This document shows positions 35,150 through 41,599 of a stretch of 41,599 nucleotides of DNA, one piece after another. How positions within the stretch are numbered: the stretch's first letter is position 1; each line of letters opens with the position of its first letter. The DNA lies in contig JAPLXK010000005.1 of NCBI GenBank assembly GCA_026396095.1, forward strand, positions 1 to 41,599, read 5' to 3'. Origin of the DNA: Candidatus Nealsonbacteria bacterium (GTDB taxonomy: Bacteria > Patescibacteriota > Minisyncoccia > Minisyncoccales > RBG-13-42-11). The position numbers and the translations under genes are program-made. Below the pieces are notes generated by a model, which was given only the letters and a program-made list of their open reading frames with translations, searched no databases and was not told the DNA's origin.

Positions 35150-36238
35150 TTAGCGAACGAGCATTTTCAGCTCAACCGGATTTAAGGAATAATTAAGGGC
35201 GTTTTCTATTGAAATTTCCTTTCTTTTCACCAGGTCGGACAATGTTCTGTTTAAAGAAAGCATTCCCAGCTCTGCCGAAGTTTCTATTACCAAGGGCAGT
35301 TCGTGAATTTTATTCTCTCTGATCAGGTTAGACACCGCAGGCGTGGCAACCATGACTTCACAGGCCGGAATCAATCCTCCTTTGATTCTTGGAATTAAGC
35401 GTTGGGAAATAACGCCCAAAAGAGAACCTGACAACTGGGCCCTGATCTGGTTCTGCTGCTCAGCGGGGAAAGAATCAACAATACGGTGGATGCTCTGGCT
35501 GGCTGAATTAGTGTGCAAGGTGGCAAAAACCAAATGGCCTGTTTCTGCGGCAGTAATAGCGATGGCAATGGTTCTCGAGTCTCTCATTTCTCCGACCATA
35601 ATGACATTTGGGTCCTGCCTGAAAGTAGCGCGCAGTGCGCGGGAAAAACTCAAAGAATCCTGGTAAATTTCCCGCTGGTCGATGATTGAACGGTCGTCTT
35701 CGAAAAGATACTCAACAGGATCTTCAATGGTAATTATATGCTCAGCCCTTGTGTGGTTTATTTCATCTATCAAAGCGGCCAAGGTGGTTGATTTTCCATG
35801 GCCGGAGGGGCCGGTGATCAGCACAAAACCCTGGGATGCTTTGGTGAATTCGTGCAAAACAGGAGGAAGGCCAAGGTCGTCAATTGTTTTCACTGCTTTT
35901 ACTATCAGACGCATGGCGATTGATATTGTCCCTCCTTGAAAAAAAGCATTAATCCTGAACCGGAAATCATCTCCAAAAGCATAGGAAAAATCAAGATCCT
36001 TTTCCTTTAAAAACCTCTGATATTGCTCCGGGTTCATCAGGCTCTCGGCCAGCCCCTGGGTGTCTTTAGCCGACAGCTTCCTTCTTTTTAAAAGAGGGAC
36101 CAGCCTGCTGTTTATCCTTAATACCGGAGGGTGCCCTTCGGAAATGTGCAAATCCGAAGCCCCTTCCTTGGTAACCATGTTCAACAATTCTTTTAATTGC
36201 TCCTGATACTGATTGGTCTGAATATTAATGTTATCCAT
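35150..36238 (-). CDS. pilT: Type IV pilus retraction ATPase
   Basis: ASDLHI, GPSGHGKSTTLAA, TIEDPVE, RQDPNVIMVGEMRD, AAETGHLVFATLH, AVSNLIRE (AIRNLIRE-like). Confidence 0.95.
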   Translation of the reverse strand: MDNINIQTNQYQEQLKELLNMVTKEGASDLHISEGHPPVLRINSRLVPLLKRRKLSAKDTQGLAESLMNPEQYQRFLKEKDLDFSYAFGDDFRFRINAFFQGGTISIAMRLIVKAVKTIDDLGLPPVLHEFTKASQGFVLITGPSGHGKSTTLAALIDEINHTRAEHIITIEDPVEYLFEDDRSIIDQREIYQDSLSFSRALRATFRQDPNVIMVGEMRDSRTIAIAITAAETGHLVFATLHTNSASQSIHRIVDSFPAEQQNQIRAQLSGSLLGVISQRLIPRIKGGLIPACEVMVATPAVSNLIRENKIHELPLVIETSAELGMLSLNRTLSDLVKRKEISIENALNYSLNPVELKMLVR

Positions 36239-36288
36239 AAAATTTTAAATTATTAATATAAATTTCAAAAAATCTTTTTTAAATTAAG

Positions 36289-36657
36289 TTATTCGCCCAA
36301 AACCTCTTTCATCTCTTTTACCACCTCAGAAGGGGTATAGTGGGCTTTGATTAAATATTTTTCCGCTCCCAGATTCATTCCCCTTTCCACTTCCTCTTTC
36401 TGGCTCAAATTAGAAATAATAATTACTTTTAAATCTTTTAATTTTGATTCCGCCTTGATCTGCTTTAAAATCTCCCAGCCGTCAACTCTGGGCAGAACAA
36501 TGTCCAAAAGAACCAGGTCGAATTTCTCTTCCTTGACTCTTCTTACCGCCTCCTCTCCTTCGGAAGCCACTTCAACTGAAAAACCACTCTCTTTTATTTT
36601 GGTGGTATATATGTCAATTAAAAACGAATCGTCTTCTACAAGTAATATATTTTTCAT
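36289..36657 (-). CDS. Single-domain (CheY-like) response regulator
   Basis: ILLVEDD, LLDIVLP..DG (phospho-Asp), IIISN, YLIKA. Confidence 0.9.
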   Translation of the reverse strand: MKNILLVEDDSFLIDIYTTKIKESGFSVEVASEGEEAVRRVKEEKFDLVLLDIVLPRVDGWEILKQIKAESKLKDLKVIIISNLSQKEEVERGMNLGAEKYLIKAHYTPSEVVKEMKEVLGE

Positions 36658-36660
36658 TTT

Positions 36661-38403
36661 TTAATCGTTTGTTATTTGCTTTTCTTCGGTCACTCTTAAC
36701 ACCTCTTCGATCGTGGTAACTCCTCTTAATACTTTCAATATGCCATCCTGCTTCATGGTAATCATTCCCTGGGCTTTCGCTTCTTTTAAAATATTGGCTT
36801 CTGACGGCTCTTTTAATATAACATCAGCCAGGGAATCGGTCATCAGTAAAATTTCAAATAAGGCGATTCTTCCGGCAAACCCCATTTTATTGCACTTTTC
36901 GCATCCTTGGGCAACGAAGATGGTCAAATTCTTGGAGGGCTTAAGGGTTTTTTTAATACTTAAGGGCAGGGTTTCAATTTCTCTAAGGAGCATTTCCTTG
37001 ATTTCGGGCTTAGGCTCGATTTCTTTCTTGCAATTATTGCACAGCTTCATGACCAGCCTCTGGGCTATGGCCAGTTGAAGGGCAGGCGAAATCAGATAGG
37101 GTTTTATCTTCATATCAATCAAACGGGGAATCACTCCTGCGGCATTATTGGTATGAAGGGTTGATAAAACAATGTGTCCGGTCAGGGCGGCGTTAATGGC
37201 CAAAGAAGCGGTTTCTTCGTCTCTTATTTCACCGACCATGATCACATTGGGGTCTTGCCTTAAAATATGGCGCAGACCGATTGCGAAGTCATAGCCTATT
37301 TCCGGCCGGACCTGGGATTGATTAACTCCTTCGATAAAATACTCAACCGGATCTTCCAAGGTTACGACGTTTCTTCCTTCCGTATCCAAAAGCTGCAAAA
37401 TAGCATACAAGGTTGTGCTTTTTCCCGACCCGGTAGGGCCGGTAGATAAAACCAAACCGTATGGCTTGGCAATTCCTTGTTTTAATATTTCCAGATTCCT
37501 GCCCTCAAATCCCAAATCTTCAAAAGTTCCCAAACCGACAGTCGGATCCAAAATTCTGATTGCCACTTTTTCCCCCAAGGTGGTGGGAAAAGTGGAAACA
37601 CGGAAATCGATTGATTTTCCTTCTACGCTGATGGAGAATCTTCCATCCTGCGGCACTCTTGTCTCATCGATCTTCAGATTGGAAAGTATTTTTATTCTGG
37701 CAATCACTGCCGGATGAATTTTTAAAGGTAAAAAGAGCGAAGGGTGCAATGATCCCATTAATCTGAACCTCACTCTTAATTTTGTTTTTGTCGGTTCGAT
37801 ATGAACATCTGAAGCCAATCCTTCCACCGCATTTCTTAAAATCACTGCAACGATCTTGGTAATCGGCGCCTCTTCGGCCATTCTTTCAAATTCAGCCGCT
37901 GTTGAGGACTTTTTCTTGACTGTTTCCTGCTGCAGTTCCGTTTCCAGCTCTTCCAAAGCCATGCCCACTTCTTTCTTTTGGTTTCTGTACTTTTTTAAAA
38001 TATTTTTAAACGTGCTGAGAGAGATGAGAAAAACATTATAATTCTGCCTTTGCCGCCTGAAAATGAATTTTAGCGCTTCCTGGGCTTTCAGATCTTCGGG
38101 ATAAACCATTCCTATTTCCAGGTCCTTGGCGCTTTTGGCCAGAGGAATCATCTGGTAGTATCTGGCTGTTTCTTCCGGAATCATCTCCAATATTTCCGGA
38201 TTTATCTTTTCAGGGTTTATTTCTTTTAAGGGTATTTTTAAAAATTCACTTTTGGCCTGGAACAAATCTGTTTCCGGAATTGCTCCGCTTTCCAAAATCG
38301 CCTCTTCCTCTTTTCTCCCCGATTGCTCAATCTCTAACTTCAAAGAGGCTGCTTTGTCTTTTTTTAACAGACCTTTTTCTACTAATTTATCTAGTAAAGA
38401 CAT
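36661..38403 (-). CDS. pilB: Type IV pilus assembly ATPase
   Basis: ASDVHIEP, RVPQDGR, GPTGSGKSTT, TLEDPVE, LRQDPNVIMVGEIRD, TGHIVLSTLH, CNNC..CEKC Zn motif. Confidence 0.95.
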   Translation of the reverse strand: MSLLDKLVEKGLLKKDKAASLKLEIEQSGRKEEEAILESGAIPETDLFQAKSEFLKIPLKEINPEKINPEILEMIPEETARYYQMIPLAKSAKDLEIGMVYPEDLKAQEALKFIFRRQRQNYNVFLISLSTFKNILKKYRNQKKEVGMALEELETELQQETVKKKSSTAAEFERMAEEAPITKIVAVILRNAVEGLASDVHIEPTKTKLRVRFRLMGSLHPSLFLPLKIHPAVIARIKILSNLKIDETRVPQDGRFSISVEGKSIDFRVSTFPTTLGEKVAIRILDPTVGLGTFEDLGFEGRNLEILKQGIAKPYGLVLSTGPTGSGKSTTLYAILQLLDTEGRNVVTLEDPVEYFIEGVNQSQVRPEIGYDFAIGLRHILRQDPNVIMVGEIRDEETASLAINAALTGHIVLSTLHTNNAAGVIPRLIDMKIKPYLISPALQLAIAQRLVMKLCNNCKKEIEPKPEIKEMLLREIETLPLSIKKTLKPSKNLTIFVAQGCEKCNKMGFAGRIALFEILLMTDSLADVILKEPSEANILKEAKAQGMITMKQDGILKVLRGVTTIEEVLRVTEEKQITND

Positions 38404-38412
38404 AGGACGTGA

Positions 38413-38712
38413 TTAATATGGTAAAAATGGATTTTCCCTTCCTTTGCTTCCGGTGGATGTGCTTTGTTCCAATGGCTGGATTTCGGAAAACGGCTGAAGC
38501 TCTTTCAGTAAAGGGTTTTTAAGAACGCTAAATTCTATTTTTATTTCTTCCTGCGATACCTCAGCGTTTTCTGCAATGTAGGCTTCTGAACCGGTTTTGT
38601 TTTTACCGAAAAAACCGAACCAAAGAACAACTGCCGTGGTAATCAGGATTGCGACCAGGATAAAAATTAATACTTTCTGCTTTTTATTTTGTTGTGCAAA
38701 AACAATAGCCAT
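38413..38712 (-). CDS. Small bitopic protein in the pilP position (PilP-like)
   Basis: One TM, ends GRENPFLPY, lies directly after pilO. Confidence 0.6.
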   Translation of the reverse strand: MAIVFAQQNKKQKVLIFILVAILITTAVVLWFGFFGKNKTGSEAYIAENAEVSQEEIKIEFSVLKNPLLKELQPFSEIQPLEQSTSTGSKGRENPFLPY

Positions 38713-38713
38713 T

Positions 38714-39277
38714 TTAATATGAATAAACTTTTATTGCTAATCTAAAGGCGAATATATCTTTTGGCTGATTCTTTGTGCCTTGATCGTTTTTCGAGGCGCT
38801 GAAAGAAACGCTCCCGACATCAATCAGTCTGGATGACTTCTCTAGGGTAGAAAGAAAATTTTTAAGAGATTCGTACGGTCCGGAAACATCTAAACTCAAG
38901 CTGACTTCCTTGAGCCCGGGATACTTGGATGACTCAGAAACCGTGAAGTTGCCCATGTTGCTTATGACCAGCCCTGATTGGGAAGTGCTTATCTGGAGAA
39001 AATCAAAAAGAGAAGGCAGGGACGGTTCATTCGGAAGAGCGACGTCGATTTTGGCAAGCTCTGGCTGGTATTCTTTTATCTGGGCTTCAACCTTTTGAAG
39101 CTCTAAAAAATATTCTGCCCTGTATGTAAGCTCGTTCCTTTTTCCTTCGACTATTTTATTGAGAGCTTGAAAATCCTGAAACTTAGGAAGCAAAAGAATG
39201 CCGCCAAAGATTATTCCGCCGATAGAACAGGCGGCGATAATAATCATTAAATTGGTTACGTTTTTTGATCCGTTCAT
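38714..39277 (-). CDS. pilO: Type IV pilus alignment protein PilO
   Basis: TM, coiled coil, ALPNEPSLPSL, SGLVI, V.GPYESL..FL..LEKSSRLIDV. Confidence 0.85.
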   Translation of the reverse strand: MNGSKNVTNLMIIIAACSIGGIIFGGILLLPKFQDFQALNKIVEGKRNELTYRAEYFLELQKVEAQIKEYQPELAKIDVALPNEPSLPSLFDFLQISTSQSGLVISNMGNFTVSESSKYPGLKEVSLSLDVSGPYESLKNFLSTLEKSSRLIDVGSVSFSASKNDQGTKNQPKDIFAFRLAIKVYSY

Positions 39278-39312
39278 AATAATTAATATGTCTCTACCAA
39301 TTGAAACATTAT

Positions 39313-39837
39313 TTACTTAAAAATAAATATTGATGGATCGAAAGAAAGACTCACTTTAAATCCGACTTCCCCTCCCTTCTCCATTGTAACGCTGTCCAGG
39401 CTAGCGCTTTTTATCATTTTTTCATCCCTAAAAATAAGCATCTGCTGCCCCAGGTCCTGAAAGCTTTTGGCTGTTCCGGAAAGAATAACCTTCCCCTCGT
39501 TAATATTAAGGCCGAAGTCGTTAAACCAGACTCTGGGATGGCATTGTTTCTCTATGAAATCGAAAACGCTCAAGGTTTCCGGATGCCCATTTATAACGCT
39601 GGAAAAATCGTTAATCTTTTTTTGATAGGTTAAAATTTCTTTTTTCAGCTCGGAACTCTTCGAAACCTCGCTGGCCAGACTTGCGACTATTTCCTCCTGG
39701 TTTTTTTGAGAAGCTTTTATTGATTGAATGACTAAAAAATAACTAATAAAAACAAAAATTAAAAATCCCACGGAAAGATAAAATAAAATATCTAACCAAG
39801 GCGGTATTTTTGGAACTTCTTTTGGTATTATTTCCAT
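39313..39837 (-). CDS. pilN: Type IV pilus alignment protein PilN
   Basis: TM, coiled coil, PRVWF, VILSGTAKSF..LGQQM. Lies between pilM and pilO. Confidence 0.8.
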   Translation of the reverse strand: MEIIPKEVPKIPPWLDILFYLSVGFLIFVFISYFLVIQSIKASQKNQEEIVASLASEVSKSSELKKEILTYQKKINDFSSVINGHPETLSVFDFIEKQCHPRVWFNDFGLNINEGKVILSGTAKSFQDLGQQMLIFRDEKMIKSASLDSVTMEKGGEVGFKVSLSFDPSIFIFK

Positions 39838-39897
39838 GATTTTTTAAAAGATGATTTTCCTTGTCACCTTCGCCTGGTTTGGCGAAACTGCAAAGGA

Positions 39898-40995
39898 TTA
39901 AATCTTTAATTCTCTCAATGCCATTCCTACCGCTATGGAATAGGAAGGGCCCATTTCTTTAAGCCTTTGTTCAAGAATAGGCGGGCAAAAAACGTTTAAA
40001 AAGGGATTTGCTACTTCTATTTCCTTGTCAAATTTTTGGGCAAAGTATTCTGAAAGCCCGGGCATGAAAGCCAGTCCTCCGGCTAATACAATTTTTTTAA
40101 CTTCTCTTTTTTCGGCTTGGAAAAAATTATTAAATATCTTTTCTATTTCTCTTAAAATCAGGTCTACCAGGGGAAGAATCACCTGCCTGGTTTCCTGGCC
40201 AATCTTCTCTTCTATGGTATCCAATGGTCTGATGCCGTATTCTCTTTTCAAGCTTTCGGCTTTGCGGTAATCAACATTTACCCCCTTGGAAATTACTTCT
40301 GTGAGCTCGTTGCTTGATATGTCAAAACTGTACGATGTTTTTAGTATTTTCCTGTCAATAATGTTGCATGTCGTGCTCTGTGCGCCGATATCTATTATCG
40401 CAACCACCTCTTTCTCGTCGTCTTTAATCAATGCTCTTGTAAGCCCGAACACTTCCGCTTCTAGAGCCACCATTTCAATCTTGGCAAGCCTGGCAATTTC
40501 CTGGTATTGGTTGATCACCTCGTTGGGAACAGCTACCAGGAGAATTTTCATGCCTGCTTTTTTATCCTCAGACGTTCTATCTTCAATCAGTTGCCAATCA
40601 AGGGTTATTTCTGCCAAAGGAAGAGGGATAAGCTGTCTTGCCTGATATCTTACGGCTTGGGGCAACTCTTCTTTTCCCATTAACGGAAGCTCAAAATTGG
40701 TAAAAAAAGTAGAAAAGTCCGGTATGGAAAAAACGGCTTGAAAAGTCTTCATATTGGCTTCTTCTCTCACGGCAGTAATGGCTTTGGCAATGTCTTTACT
40801 GGAAAGAAAAAGGGTGCTCTTCTGCAGTGTCCTGAACGGTTTCTCATAAAGAGCCGACGACTCTATCTCTCCGTAATTTTCCAGCTTCCTTCTATTGCCA
40901 AGCTTAGAAATTTCAACTATTTTAATAAAAGAAGTGCCTATGTCTATTCCTAAAAATTTTTTAGGAACCAATGTTTCAAAAGGATTCCAAATCAT
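39898..40995 (-). CDS. pilM: Type IV pilus alignment protein PilM
   Basis: LGIDIGTSFIKIVE, LLVAVP, IIDIGAQST, IVLAGG, NPF, SIAVGMALR. Confidence 0.93.
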   Translation of the reverse strand: MIWNPFETLVPKKFLGIDIGTSFIKIVEISKLGNRRKLENYGEIESSALYEKPFRTLQKSTLFLSSKDIAKAITAVREEANMKTFQAVFSIPDFSTFFTNFELPLMGKEELPQAVRYQARQLIPLPLAEITLDWQLIEDRTSEDKKAGMKILLVAVPNEVINQYQEIARLAKIEMVALEAEVFGLTRALIKDDEKEVVAIIDIGAQSTTCNIIDRKILKTSYSFDISSNELTEVISKGVNVDYRKAESLKREYGIRPLDTIEEKIGQETRQVILPLVDLILREIEKIFNNFFQAEKREVKKIVLAGGLAFMPGLSEYFAQKFDKEIEVANPFLNVFCPPILEQRLKEMGPSYSIAVGMALRELKI

Positions 40996-41004
40996 AACTG
41001 TTTT

Positions 41005-41010
41005 ATTATA
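41005..41010 (-). promoter_or_regulatory. Putative -10 box of the pilM operon
   Basis: Minus strand TATAAT, 9 nt before the ATG. No clear -35. Confidence 0.45.
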
Positions 41011-41077
41011 CTATATATCGTAATTTTAATAAAATTAAAATTACACAGGCTGTTTGAAAACAATAAAGTCCAAACAC

Positions 41078-41599
41078 ATGGGGCTAAAAGAATTAATTTT
41101 AGATACTATCTTTCCTTCTTTTTGCTTTATCTGTCAAAGAGAAGGAAATTATCTCTGCCAGGATTGCAAATCTGTTCTGGAGATTTCAAGTAGCCATAAA
41201 AATTATTGCGGAAGAAATATAAGCGATTTATATTTTGCCATACCTTACCAAAATTTTTTAATCAAGGATTTAATTAAAAAATTCAAGTATGAACCCTTTG
41301 TCAAAGAGCTGGGAAAATCCCTGTCTTCATTGATAATAGAACATTTAAGTTTGCTTGACAACAAACCTGATTTCACAGGCTTCGTTTTGGTCCCTGTCCC
41401 TCTGGAAAAAAGGAAGTTGAAATGGCGGGGATTCAACCAGGCCGAAGAAATAGGAAAAGAGCTTGCTGAATTTTTAAAAATTCCTCTGATTCCTAACGTT
41501 TTAGTAAAAACAAAAGAAACACTGGACCAAGTTAACCTCGACGACCAGGAAAGAAAAGAAAATATTAAAAATGCTTTTCTTTGTCCGTCGCAGGAAAAG
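41078..41599 (+). CDS. comF: Competence protein ComF (double zinc ribbon plus PRTase-like domain), 3'-partial
   Basis: Not in the ORF track. Translated by hand: MGLKELILDTIFPSFCFICQREGNYLCQDC...IKKFKYEPFVK...VPVPLEKRKLKWRGFNQAE...; open to the window end. Confidence 0.9.
   Translation, partial: MGLKELILDTIFPSFCFICQREGNYLCQDCKSVLEISSSHKNYCGRNISDLYFAIPYQNFLIKDLIKKFKYEPFVKELGKSLSSLIIEHLSLLDNKPDFTGFVLVPVPLEKRKLKWRGFNQAEEIGKELAEFLKIPLIPNVLVKTKETLDQVNLDDQERKENIKNAFLCPSQEK

Noticed and set aside
36230-36239. DnaA-box-like TTATCCATA at the pilT start
   Set aside because: One mismatch, and explained by the ATG GAT AAC coding sequence.
315-40953. Many 60-140 aa ORFs antisense or out of frame to long genes (e.g. 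4916..5344, 8359..8772, 13565..13990, 34111..34428)
   Set aside because: Shadow ORFs fully inside well-supported genes, with no recognisable motifs.
1-41599. Alternative genetic code (UGA=Gly as in Gracilibacteria/Absconditabacteria)
   Set aside because: Long genes are intact under code 11, and TGA ends genes at the expected positions (epimerase, rpsF, rpoC).

Overview
Compact, AT-rich bacterial chromosomal window (standard code 11) whose gene content and style point to a Patescibacteria/CPR genome, probably Parcubacteria (inference: short AT-rich spacers, few Shine-Dalgarno sites, a complete type IV pilus machine with no PilQ secretin in the window). Left part: ABC substrate-binding protein, sugar-nucleotide genes (cupin PGI, galU, manC, epimerase, manB), tRNA-Leu(CAG), rnj, trpS, ychF-rpsF-ssb-rpsR. 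Middle: rpoB-rpoC-ftsK-recA, a holin-like protein, an HTH-plus-TM protein, rodA and ligA. Right ~16 kb: type IV pilus/competence locus (pilM-N-O, pilP-like, pilB, response regulator, pilT, pilC, three major-type pilins, pilD, a four-gene accessory cassette, fimT/pilV/pilW/pilX-like minor pilins, divergent comF). The best candidate for an undescribed system is the accessory cassette between pilD and the minor pilins: a membrane-anchored 24-aa-repeat protein, a secreted Cys-rich fibre-like protein, a divergent S26 signal peptidase, and a Trp-repeat/FN3/PKD protein that may replace PilY1. trpS, rodA and ligA each carry a short internal deletion with a frameshift, most likely assembly artefacts. 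All calls come from motif reading without database searches.
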